Origin: an uncultured Thermococci archaeon
GTDB taxonomy: Archaea > CAYQAE01 > CAYVLA01
Length of the DNA: 64,000 nucleotides
NCBI GenBank assembly: GCA_964549615.1
Contig: CAZJVP010000051.1
Location: 58,740 to 122,739 of the forward strand
Direction: 5' to 3'
The position numbers and the translations under genes are program-made. Within the stretch, counting starts at the first letter, position 1. Every line of letters starts with the position of its first letter. This document shows, piece after piece, positions 38,672-47,818 of the stretch. Below the pieces are notes generated by a model, which saw nothing but the letters and a program-made list of their open reading frames with translations, did not search any database and was not told where the DNA came from.

Positions 38672-39883
38672 TTGAGCAGGTTGGAGGCATCTGATATGAA
38701 CGAGGTGATGGAGAATCCAAAGAAGGTGAAAGGTGGAGCTTACGTATTGGTCACGCCCAATGGTCCCGAGGACGGCGGGGATTTCGGGCCCAGGACGACG
38801 GGAACAAGAACCAGCGGCATCCAGGAAGCCTTGGATCATGCGAAGGGCAACAGGAAGGACCTCTACATCGCCGGCGGCGGCCTCACCGAACCATTCAAGG
38901 GAGGCGTGGGCTACCAGCTTCAGGAAACCCTGAGGATACCTTGGAACCAGAACTGGCGCCTGGACGGGGGAGAGTACTGGCTGACCTACGCGGGGGAGAG
39001 CGGGGACGGCGTGGTCATCGACAGCCAGATGAACTGCCGGATCAAGCTCGGGGTGGTCGTCAACTCCCGTTCCCCTGGGGCTGTCGTGCGTATATGTCCC
39101 ACCTCAAAAGGGCCGGATAACTTCCGGTGCGCCGTGGCCAGCACCTTCCAGTTCAACGCGCTGGTCGGTGCCGGGGATGTCTGGGGAAAAGGTGGGGCGG
39201 TGCAGAGGAGCACAGGGCTTCTGATGGACGCATCCGGAGGGCCGATCTCGGGCAACAAGGTGCAGGTCCGGGAGATCAACGCATGCGACGTCGGCGTACA
39301 CCTGACCCAAGGGTGCAGCGGGAACGACATCGAGGCGACCTGGATTCACCTGACCAATCTGGGCTTGAGGATCGGGGATGAAGGGTCTCCCAATGTCCGC
39401 GGGAACACAATAAAGGCAGGCATCTCGGGCGACCTGAAGGGGACCAAGGGTGTGCAGATCTTCGGGCAGAGGAATCTCCTGACGATCAATGCCCACGGCA
39501 ATGATCCGGGCCAGAACATGATATTCGAGGAAACGGCCAGGGACAACCTCATCATCGCCCTGGATCTTGCCGACGGGTTCACCAACCGCGCGGCGATCCC
39601 GACGAATCGAATCATTCCCGCATGCCCCGTCGAATTCTCCCTGGCCACGCCGCCCATCCCTGCATCGGGAGAGGAGGTGGTGAACCGATATCCTTACACG
39701 GTGCTTGTTCGCATCGTGCGCCCGGGCAGGGTCACCGGCTGGATTGAAAAGGATGCCAACGGGGCCTCCGAGGCGTTCCAGGGCAACCTGTTCGTAGGAC
39801 AAACGCTCGTTCTGTCGCCTGGCCAGGGGATCATCTTCACCTACGATGAGCCGCCGGCCTGGAGATGGAAGGCCGTCGAGTAG
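38672..39883 (+). CDS. Right-handed parallel beta-helix (pectin-lyase-fold/NosD-like) protein, no signal peptide
   Basis: 403 aa with repetitive G/N/D-rich ~22-aa turns (NACDVGVHLTQGCSGNDIEATWIHLTNLGLRIGDEGSPNVRGNTI...). Confidence 0.4.
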   Translation: MSRLEASDMNEVMENPKKVKGGAYVLVTPNGPEDGGDFGPRTTGTRTSGIQEALDHAKGNRKDLYIAGGGLTEPFKGGVGYQLQETLRIPWNQNWRLDGGEYWLTYAGESGDGVVIDSQMNCRIKLGVVVNSRSPGAVVRICPTSKGPDNFRCAVASTFQFNALVGAGDVWGKGGAVQRSTGLLMDASGGPISGNKVQVREINACDVGVHLTQGCSGNDIEATWIHLTNLGLRIGDEGSPNVRGNTIKAGISGDLKGTKGVQIFGQRNLLTINAHGNDPGQNMIFEETARDNLIIALDLADGFTNRAAIPTNRIIPACPVEFSLATPPIPASGEEVVNRYPYTVLVRIVRPGRVTGWIEKDANGASEAFQGNLFVGQTLVLSPGQGIIFTYDEPPAWRWKAVE

Positions 39884-39933
39884 ACGTTTGGCTGTGACCT
39901 GTCTAGTCGTGTCGGCCGGACGCGGGTGGTTTC

Positions 39934-40662
39934 TTGAAGAACCAGTACTTCGGGGACACTAGGGATCTGTTCAAGTACGACCTCGTGCTGGAGTTCCTGC
40001 TCCAAACTGGGCTCAAGCGATTCACCTTCATCCCCATGCTCACCCAGGACGAACCAAGCTACAGCGGAGGCCGTACCGACCACTCGAAGGCGCGGGCTGG
40101 GACGGGCAGGAAGGAGTTGGTGGACAGCCTCACGGCCTGCATCAAGGAAGGCAGGAGGAACATAAGAGAGCTTAGTTGGGTCATCAGATCCGGCGCGCCA
40201 ACGGCCGGGATCAGCGTGGCGATCTACGCGGAGGATCGCCTATTCACGCACGAGGCAAGACGCCAGTACTTCGGGGGGATAGGCTTCGGCCTGCTCGAGC
40301 GCTCCGTGATTCTTGTGGATCCCGACATAGGCCTGGAGGTGAAGAGCATGAGGGGCAGGGAGGAAAGGTATGTCACCTACGACGAGGTCAAGCTTCTCTA
40401 CGATCGGATGGATCCGCGCTCGATCCTCACCGTATTCCAATTCATACCTCGGGTGAAGAGGCTCCATTACATCCAGCTTCTGCGGGCAAGGCTGGCACGG
40501 CAAGTCGCCACGGGCGGGGAAGTCTGCTACGTATCGGACAATCAGGTTGCCTTGTTTGCACTGGCCAAGGGCTCACGGTCAAGGCACTTGGTGCGCAGCG
40601 TGATCCATGGATATGCCGAACGCTACGGCCTGCTCTGTGGCCCCAACGAAGTCGATGGGTAG
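39934..40662 (+). CDS. Hypothetical protein; motif order reminiscent of RlmJ-type N6-adenine methyltransferases but DPPY replaced
   Basis: MKNQYFGDTRDLFKYDLVLEFL (cf. RlmJ YRHSFHAGNHADVLKH) and ILVDPDIGLE (cf. ILIDPPYE); speculative. Confidence 0.35.
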   Translation: MKNQYFGDTRDLFKYDLVLEFLLQTGLKRFTFIPMLTQDEPSYSGGRTDHSKARAGTGRKELVDSLTACIKEGRRNIRELSWVIRSGAPTAGISVAIYAEDRLFTHEARRQYFGGIGFGLLERSVILVDPDIGLEVKSMRGREERYVTYDEVKLLYDRMDPRSILTVFQFIPRVKRLHYIQLLRARLARQVATGGEVCYVSDNQVALFALAKGSRSRHLVRSVIHGYAERYGLLCGPNEVDG

Positions 40663-40681
40663 TTTCAGGGCATGTTGGTCG

Positions 40682-41938
40682 TCATGCCCTTGCCCGCATC
40701 CTCTTAATGATCTGAGAGAAGTTGCGAGCAATCTCCTCCATTCCCTGCGGCGATGGATGGACGAGATCGAAGCTCAGCCCGGGGACCTCCCTCAGCAGTC
40801 TCCTTCCATCGATGTGGAACAGTCTGGGCATGTTCAGATCCTTGACCGCGTCGCGCACGATCTGCCTGAACGCGGCCTGCCTAGCCGGCGTTGGCTCAAG
40901 GTCGGCAGAGAAGGTGAACATGTCGGTGCAGAACACCCATTTCCTGGGATGGGATCTGGCGATCCTGCGCACGAAGTACCTCACCCTGCGTTCGAACTCC
41001 TCGTTTGTGAACTCCGGGCGGGGCATCATGTTGATGCCTATCTCCAGCGTGGCGAGGTCCCAATCCTGCCGGCGGGCGATGTAGTCCGCCATCTGGGCTT
41101 CGCAGTGGGCACCGCCGCCGAAGCCCAGGTTCACCAAATCGACCCCAAGCATCTGGGCCATCCGCATAACGTAGGAGCCAGTGGGCCTTATTGCCCAAGC
41201 ACCGTGGGTGATGGACGAGCCGTAGGTGAGCAGGGTCTCCCTCGGGGTCTGGGACCTCCTGGGAGGCTCGGTCTCGCCCTCTACCTCGACCAGCCTAACG
41301 GGCGGCCAGTACGGTAGGATTACCCTTGTTAGGTGTGCGTCGAAGGGAAGCTTCCTCTCCCTCGTGATCTTGTCGAGGGACTTCATGTTCTGGGGCTTCG
41401 ACACCCTGATCTCCGTGGCCTCGGGGCCTACGAGGTGCCATGAAACCAGGAAGCATCCCTGGAAGACTTCGACCAGCGCGGGCGGCTCCTTGCCGGCTAT
41501 GAGACTGATCTTCGCCTCGGTCCCTTTGAGGTTGAACCTGATCTCCGCCCCCGCCGCGGCCAGGGCTGCCTCCTTGGCTTGATCGTTCAAGCTCACCCTC
41601 AGGTCATTGGGGATCCTGCTGAGCAGCATTCCCTTGCCGTCGGGAGGCGATATCAGCTCCTCGATGTTGTGCAATTCCACGCCTTTGTGAATCAACTCCT
41701 CATCCCTCGCAGCGATGTTGCTTGGGCCTCCAGCAGCGTCCGCCTCGGCGTCGGCCGAGGAATCCACGTCCTGGCATAAGCCGGTGTCCGGTGGAGCTGC
41801 CGCCAGGCAGGCGGGCCGAAGTGCGCATAGATATCTTTCGCCGAGAGGACTAGGTGTCGGGCATCCCGGCGCTTGATCGTGCTGGTCCGAGCTCCATCCT
41901 TCATCCCCCGACGGCTGTCCCAAGTGCATGCTGTGCAC
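40682..41938 (-). CDS. SGNH/GDSL-family hydrolase with N-terminal extra domain
   Basis: LTYGSSITHGAWA (GDSx-like block I) ...DLVNLGFGGG...; C-terminal DLVHPSPQG (block V DxxH). Confidence 0.5.
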   Translation of the reverse strand: MHSMHLGQPSGDEGWSSDQHDQAPGCPTPSPLGERYLCALRPACLAAAPPDTGLCQDVDSSADAEADAAGGPSNIAARDEELIHKGVELHNIEELISPPDGKGMLLSRIPNDLRVSLNDQAKEAALAAAGAEIRFNLKGTEAKISLIAGKEPPALVEVFQGCFLVSWHLVGPEATEIRVSKPQNMKSLDKITRERKLPFDAHLTRVILPYWPPVRLVEVEGETEPPRRSQTPRETLLTYGSSITHGAWAIRPTGSYVMRMAQMLGVDLVNLGFGGGAHCEAQMADYIARRQDWDLATLEIGINMMPRPEFTNEEFERRVRYFVRRIARSHPRKWVFCTDMFTFSADLEPTPARQAAFRQIVRDAVKDLNMPRLFHIDGRRLLREVPGLSFDLVHPSPQGMEEIARNFSQIIKRMRARA

Positions 41939-42079
41939 AGAACCAAAACTGTGACGCTGCGTCTAAACCCAGCGTTGCTGGCGCCTTGAGGGCCCGCAGA
42001 TAGGCAAGCCGGGTTCGCCCCGGTCCGCGACACGGCCGCCTGTCCGGCCAGCAAGCAAGATCAGACGTAAGGTTTAAAG

Positions 42080-43381
42080 ATGCTCGTGGAAACTCCAGCG
42101 CAGAGCAGTAACATGCCTGCGCCCTCCGGTCAAGCTGGTGATGAGCCAGTCCACTGGCTTGCCGTCCTTTCCCTTGCATCGTGCGTCATGGGTTCGTCGG
42201 CGGCCACGGCCCTGGAGGACGGACGGATCGGGGTCCTCTACATCGGCTGCATCGCCCGTTCCCGGCCCTTCTGGGACATGAGGCAGGACCCTCTCTTCGC
42301 GCTCAGCTTCGTGCAGGCGACCCTTCGCTCGTCCGGAGCATGGGCCCCTATACAGCAGGTGTCGGGAGGAGGTGAAGTGGCCAGGATGGTGAGGCTGTAC
42401 ATGCCCCGAACCTACTCGCGGCTGACGTCGGGGTTCGATGTCATAGTCCTTTCCAACGCGAATCGATTCATGGTGGGCGTGAGCAACATCGAGATGGTCG
42501 CCCGTGCAGTCAGGGAGGGTGGCCTGGGGCTTTTCATGTCCGGAGGCTGGGAGAGCTTCGGGGGGCACAATCATCCCGACTGGGGAAGCACCTCGGTGGG
42601 CGATCTGCTTCCGACCGTGGATGTTGAGGGCTCCTGGGTGTCGCATCCGCGTGGCGACCTCAAGCTCGTGATCACCGACGAGAAGCACGAGTTCATCAGG
42701 AGCCTTCCCTGGGAGAGGGAGAAGGCGCAGTTCATGTTCGACTTCCACCACAACGTGGTCACAGCCAAAGAGGGTTCCCAGGTGCTTGCCCGGGTACGGG
42801 CTCCGGACTTGGATGATCCGGCCATGGTGAGCTGGGAGCTTGCGGGGGGAAACCGCGTCTTCGCCCTAACCGGCGAAGTCCACACGATGGCGTTAGGCCC
42901 GTGGCCGTACTACCTGGACTTCGGGGCAAACCTGATGATCTACCTTGACGGCCGCCCAGTTCCCCAAGACATCGACCTGGTGCACTCGCTCAGGACGACG
43001 ATGCACGCGGTCGCCGTAAGGAGGTCCCTGCTGATTAGCCTCCTGGAGTTCTGTGACTCCTTCGGCGCTGACACGGGCGGGATCACGGTCAGGACGGACG
43101 AGCTGGACAAGATCGCGGCGCAGGCAAAGCCCCTCTATCTGCAACTGCAGTTCCAAGAAACCCTAGACGCCTACAGGAGCGTCGAGGAGGGCCTGGCGAC
43201 GATCGAACAGGACGCAATGCGGCTGAAGGACAGAACCCTGTTTTGGATCTACATCATCGAATGGGTTGCCGTGACCGGAACCATGATGGTCTGCGGGGTC
43301 CTCCTTTGGTCGATCATGATCCGCCACAGTCTGTACAGAGAAACCCGAACGACAAGGTTGGAGCGCCTGGATCCACCCTGA
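42080..43381 (+). CDS. Paralog C of the 5-member secreted/C-terminally anchored family
   Basis: RIGVLYIGCIARS...DVIVLSNANRF...GLGLFMSGGWESFGG...LKDRTLFWIYIIEWVAVTGTMMVCGVLLWSIMIRHSLYRE. Confidence 0.6.
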   Translation: MLVETPAQSSNMPAPSGQAGDEPVHWLAVLSLASCVMGSSAATALEDGRIGVLYIGCIARSRPFWDMRQDPLFALSFVQATLRSSGAWAPIQQVSGGGEVARMVRLYMPRTYSRLTSGFDVIVLSNANRFMVGVSNIEMVARAVREGGLGLFMSGGWESFGGHNHPDWGSTSVGDLLPTVDVEGSWVSHPRGDLKLVITDEKHEFIRSLPWEREKAQFMFDFHHNVVTAKEGSQVLARVRAPDLDDPAMVSWELAGGNRVFALTGEVHTMALGPWPYYLDFGANLMIYLDGRPVPQDIDLVHSLRTTMHAVAVRRSLLISLLEFCDSFGADTGGITVRTDELDKIAAQAKPLYLQLQFQETLDAYRSVEEGLATIEQDAMRLKDRTLFWIYIIEWVAVTGTMMVCGVLLWSIMIRHSLYRETRTTRLERLDPP

Positions 43382-43852
43382 GCTGCATGGAGAGCTTGGA
43401 GGGGTATGCAGCAAGCATCCAGCGGACTCTATTTGTCCGATAGGCCCCTCGAACCGATCTCCTTGCCCCGCCGTCGCCTGACCATCAACATGGAGGCCGT
43501 CGCGCGTTGGACATGCATCCTCGTCGTTGGGCGATCCTCTAGCTGAGATACTTTCTTCGCATTCGCTCAGGCATGGATATCGTGTTGCCCGTTGCGTGCA
43601 TTAAGGCCATGTAGGGCTGCGGGATCTGGTCATCCCCATTCGCGGATCGGCAAGCGGCATTGGCGGGCCTCGGAAAAGGTCAACCGGCGAAGGAAGCGCT
43701 AATGGGTTAAGTTCGGCGATCGGAAAACGACGCTGTCCGAGATCATGGGGTTCAGTTACGTGTGAAGATGGAATCCCGATTCGCCTGCTCCTCGGGGTGA
43801 CTGCAAGCCAATGTCCCCCACTGAAAACTTTCGTTTGGGGTCGCCGGCCCGG

Positions 43853-44314
43853 CTACAGTCCTAGCATCTTAGCAGCTTGCCGATGATCGACGACTTGGAA
43901 ATCAGAGTAGGTCGGCATGAGGCTTTGGACCGGAAATCCTTGGATCTCCTCGTCCTCGGTGATGAGGATGTTTCCCGCCCAAGCCCCTGTCGCAACTATC
44001 ACACAGTCAACGAAATCCGTCATCTGCCTTCGCGCTAGGATCGACCTCAGGCAGACCTCCGGCTCGGAAACCGGCACCTTGGTCAATCCCTCGTCGGACG
44101 CCAATACGGCGATGCCGGTGAGGACGTCGTCCTCTCGAAGATACGACTCGGCGCAATGTTTGGCCGCGATTGCCATGGCCTCGAACACGGAGATTTCACT
44201 GAGCATCGTCTCGTGTCCGGCCCGACGGAGTCTCCGGAGAAGGTCCCTTGGAACGTCGGCCTGGGCCATCCCTAGGCAGGGAAGAACGTAGGTGGTGTCG
44301 AGGACGACCCTCAT
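43853..44314 (-). CDS. vapC: PIN-domain ribonuclease toxin (VapC-like)
   Basis: 153 aa, MRVVLDTTYVL... acidic PIN residues; 4-nt overlap with upstream small gene. Confidence 0.55.
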   Translation of the reverse strand: MRVVLDTTYVLPCLGMAQADVPRDLLRRLRRAGHETMLSEISVFEAMAIAAKHCAESYLREDDVLTGIAVLASDEGLTKVPVSEPEVCLRSILARRQMTDFVDCVIVATGAWAGNILITEDEEIQGFPVQSLMPTYSDFQVVDHRQAAKMLGL

Positions 44315-44547
44315 CGCTCCAGCCTCTGAGAGAGTTCTTTTCGGGACCTGGTGAACTCCTCAGGCGAGATGATCAGCTTCGGCTCCCTCTCGAGGAGGTC
44401 ATCAAGGCTGGGGAGGGGATGCACGATGAGCCGTCCACGGTCGACGCTGTATGACACCAGAGAACCCGGCGCAATCCCGAGCGCGTCCCTCATACTCTTT
44501 GGTGGGAACAGCTCGCCCTTGGATCCAACCCTGCCGGTGACGGCCAT
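44311..44547 (-). CDS. vapB: AbrB/SpoVT-MazE-type antitoxin (VapB-like)
   Basis: 78 aa, MAVTGRVGSKGELFPPKSMRDALGIAPGSLVSYSVDRGRLIVHP swapped-hairpin barrel signature. Confidence 0.5.
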   Translation of the reverse strand: MAVTGRVGSKGELFPPKSMRDALGIAPGSLVSYSVDRGRLIVHPLPSLDDLLEREPKLIISPEEFTRSRKELSQRLER

Positions 44548-44721
44548 GTAGAGCGCTTGCCGGAATAGCTTAATAATATTCCCTTAGCCGGATTTGGGGC
44601 CATTGACCGGATGAGTCCGGCAGATTCAACGACGCCAGATATCGCGCAAGGGCCAACTTGATCGACAGCTCCATGATCTGCAGGTTTCCTCTGGCGATGG
44701 CGTGCGCTCTCGGTCAACAGT

Positions 44722-46044
44722 TTGGGAGGTCGGGAGGGGTGGCCGGGCCCGTTGGTGGTGGTGTCGGAAGATTCTTATCCGTTCTGGACCGAAGCGGGGT
44801 GGATGCTGGAGAATCGCCTTCTCCTCATAGCCGTCATCGCTGCGATCGCGGTGGGGCAAGCACGCCAGGGTTTGGCTCTGGAGGACCGCCGGATCGGCGT
44901 CCTGTACGTGAGCGATCCCATCAGGTCACCCGCCTTCACCTTCATGCGCGCCGAGCCCATCTTCTCCCTCACCTTCGTGGCCGCCTCCCTGAGGGGCTTC
45001 GGGGGCTGGGATCTGGACGACGTCCACAGGGCGATACGGCTCTATTTCCCGCGCATGTACCAGGATCTGACAAGCCGATTCGATGTCGTGGTCCTTGACA
45101 ATGCGAACCAGATGGCGATTACGCCTGAGCAGATCGAGCTGTTGGCACGGGGAGTGAGGGAGGCTGGCATAGGATTGCTCATGACGGGTGGCTGGGAAAG
45201 CTTCGGCGGCACGGGGACGGCCCAGCCCTCATGGGGCCCGACCGCGATCGGCGCCCTTCTTCCCGTCCAGTGCGTCGACGGCACATGGGTCGAATCGGGC
45301 AGGCTCGTCATCGACGAGCCGGAGCACGAGTTCGTGGCAAGCATCCCATGGGACCGCAAGGGCCCATTCATGCAGTCCTTCCACCACAACCTGGTCACCG
45401 TCAGGGAGGGGGGACAGTTGCTCGCCCATACCGACCGCAACCGGTATCAACCTGGTGGCGACCACCCGCTTTTCATCACGTGGGAGGTGGAAGGGGCAAG
45501 GGTCTTCGCGTGCACGGGCGAGATAGTCCAGATGGCATCGATCTTCAGCTACGGCGGCACGAACTACGACATCTGGGAGTACTACGGGGATTTCATAAGC
45601 AACCTGATGATCTACCTCGACAAGCGCCCGGTGCCCCAGGATGTCGATCTCGTCCATGCCGTGAGGTCGACGGCATTCCAAAGCAGGACCAGGGTCTCCC
45701 TGCTCTTGAGCCTCGTTGAGTTCGTCGAGTCCTTCGGGGCGAACGGCCAGGGGGTGATGCGCTCAGTCGACGAGCTGAACGGGGTCGTCGCCCAGGCCGA
45801 CGGTGCGTACCTTGACCTCAACTTCGAGGAGGTTCTGGAAATCTATCGCCGGATCGGAACGATGCTCGATGACATCGAAAAGCAGGCGCTTGAGCTCAAG
45901 GACCGAACGCTTCTCTGGGTCTACCTCGTCGAGTGGCTCGCGGTGACCGGAACCGCTCTGCTCGCCGGCTTCATCTTGTGGACGACCATGGTCCGGCGGA
46001 GATTCTACAAGGAGATGAAGGTCACTAGAATCGCGGCCCTCTAG
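44722..46044 (+). CDS. Paralog D of the 5-member family
   Basis: RIGVLYVSDPIRS...DVVVLDNANQM...GIGLLMTGGWESFGG...LKDRTLLWVYLVEWLAVTGTALLAGFILWTTMVRRRFYKE. Confidence 0.6.
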   Translation: MGGREGWPGPLVVVSEDSYPFWTEAGWMLENRLLLIAVIAAIAVGQARQGLALEDRRIGVLYVSDPIRSPAFTFMRAEPIFSLTFVAASLRGFGGWDLDDVHRAIRLYFPRMYQDLTSRFDVVVLDNANQMAITPEQIELLARGVREAGIGLLMTGGWESFGGTGTAQPSWGPTAIGALLPVQCVDGTWVESGRLVIDEPEHEFVASIPWDRKGPFMQSFHHNLVTVREGGQLLAHTDRNRYQPGGDHPLFITWEVEGARVFACTGEIVQMASIFSYGGTNYDIWEYYGDFISNLMIYLDKRPVPQDVDLVHAVRSTAFQSRTRVSLLLSLVEFVESFGANGQGVMRSVDELNGVVAQADGAYLDLNFEEVLEIYRRIGTMLDDIEKQALELKDRTLLWVYLVEWLAVTGTALLAGFILWTTMVRRRFYKEMKVTRIAAL

Positions 46045-46192
46045 GTCTGCCACGCCTTCGGTATGCCCGTGCTGGCTGGGTTTCACGGACCGGCTTTCCG
46101 CGCGATCCCATCGATCGTAAAGCACCGAGGGGAACGAGGTCACTATTAAAATGCGTAAGCTACCGGTGAGCCCGGCTGAGGCGGCGTCCTGA

Positions 46193-47446
46193 TTGAAGGT
46201 TGGCTTTGCCATCAGCGAGATCACACCTCCGTTAGGCATTCCGTTGAGTGGCTACGGGTTCTTCCGGGATCGTAAGGCGGATGGGGTGTCCGACCCTTTG
46301 TACGTCAGGGCCGTGGGCATGGAGGATGAGGAACCTGCTCTGATCTTGGCCTTCGACCTTCTCGGCCTTGACTCCCTGCTGGTAGCACGCCTGAGGAGGA
46401 AGCTGGCCGACATGGCGGGCATCCCGAGGGATCACCTCATGCTGACTTGCACCCACACCCACTCCGGCCCCAACGTCATGCCTTTGCGAGGTGAGCCTCG
46501 GAGGAGAGGGACATACCTGCGTGATCTTGTCGAGCAGGCGGGGGCGGCTGGGCAGGAGGCATTAGACCAGGCACGGACGGTGCGCGGCCTGTCGCGGTTC
46601 CGCACGCGCTTTGGGGGCTTCTCATGGAACAGGGCCTTTGCCGATGGCGAGGTCAGCCGGGAGGTCAGCGGGATGGTTGCGAGGACGTCCGCGCGGACCG
46701 TGGTTTTAGTGAACTACGCCTGCCACCCCGTCACCCTGGGCATCAACACGCAGATCTCGGCTGACTACCCAGGGGCATTCAACCAGATGATGGCCCGGGC
46801 CGGGATCTGCTCGCTCTTCCTCACGGGTCCCTGCGGCGACCTAGATCCGGTCGTGAACCGGGATAGCTGGGGACGCGGTACGAAGGAACTTGCGAATCAG
46901 TATGCCAAGCAGCTTTTAAGGGCCACCCTGCGTGGGATTTCCCGCGCCAAGCCCTTTCGGGTGGACCAGTGTTCCGTCGCCACCGCGAATTTCAGGGCAC
47001 CATACCGCGTGCCCGGAAGGCGGGAACTGAAAGAGGCATTGGCGAAGGCAAGGCAGGTCAAGGAGGACCCTGACAAGAAAGCGCTCTTCGAGATCTGCTG
47101 GGCGCGGGACGGGCTCAACCTGCTCAGATCTGGCCGTTTCGCCAAGTCGGCAACGCTGTATCTTCAGGCGTTCCGCGTGGGGGAGGTTGTGGTGATTGCG
47201 CTGCCGGCCGAGGTCTTCTTTGAGTTCGGGGAGGCGATAAGGGCTCCCTTCCCAGAAACTGAAGTCCTGATCGCCACGAGCGCGAACTCCGTGGTGGGGT
47301 ACATCCCTTCGGAGAGGGATTTCGAGGCAGGCGGGTACGCCTCGGGCCTTGCATGCAAGTTCTACAAGAGGTTTCCCTTCGAGCCGGGGATAGGGGTCAA
47401 GCTGGTTGACCGATCGATCAAGCTCATTCGATCGCTTCTGCGGTGA
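46193..47446 (+). CDS. Neutral/alkaline ceramidase N-terminal-domain hydrolase (short form)
   Basis: ISEITPPLGIPLSGYGFFRDR...DPLYVRAV...LMLTCTHTHSGP matches the neutral ceramidase catalytic N-domain; 417 aa (shorter than the ~650 aa canonical form). Confidence 0.5.
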   Translation: MKVGFAISEITPPLGIPLSGYGFFRDRKADGVSDPLYVRAVGMEDEEPALILAFDLLGLDSLLVARLRRKLADMAGIPRDHLMLTCTHTHSGPNVMPLRGEPRRRGTYLRDLVEQAGAAGQEALDQARTVRGLSRFRTRFGGFSWNRAFADGEVSREVSGMVARTSARTVVLVNYACHPVTLGINTQISADYPGAFNQMMARAGICSLFLTGPCGDLDPVVNRDSWGRGTKELANQYAKQLLRATLRGISRAKPFRVDQCSVATANFRAPYRVPGRRELKEALAKARQVKEDPDKKALFEICWARDGLNLLRSGRFAKSATLYLQAFRVGEVVVIALPAEVFFEFGEAIRAPFPETEVLIATSANSVVGYIPSERDFEAGGYASGLACKFYKRFPFEPGIGVKLVDRSIKLIRSLLR

Positions 47447-47818
47447 ACCATCTGCCGACCGAGACACGATGTCATGCGTATCGGGTGGTGGTGCTGAGGC
47501 ACTGAGCGTGTTGCAGGGCAGCTATCGGTTGCCAGGCCTTCTCTCAACGTGCACTTGGGATTCGGAACCCTCCTCGCATTGCAGCCACCTCAGATGCCGG
47601 GCCAACCCTCGTCGCGGACCGTGGCAGGAACCGGGTCGACTCAGCGTACGGGGGTCTGGCCTAAGAACGCGATCATGAGCAGCGTGCTGGGATCGTTGCA
47701 TTTGTCATCATTAGCTGGGGAAGACCTCGCCACCCTTGCAGACGTGTCTTCTTGGGGGTCACGGGGTTTCGTTGTTGCCATGGTCTGGCCGGGCTACTTC
47801 TGGACTTGGTGACCTGCT

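Noticed and set aside
40607-41317. 236-aa ORF antisense to the SGNH hydrolase
   Set aside because: The sense strand carries the GDSx-type motif; the antisense has none.
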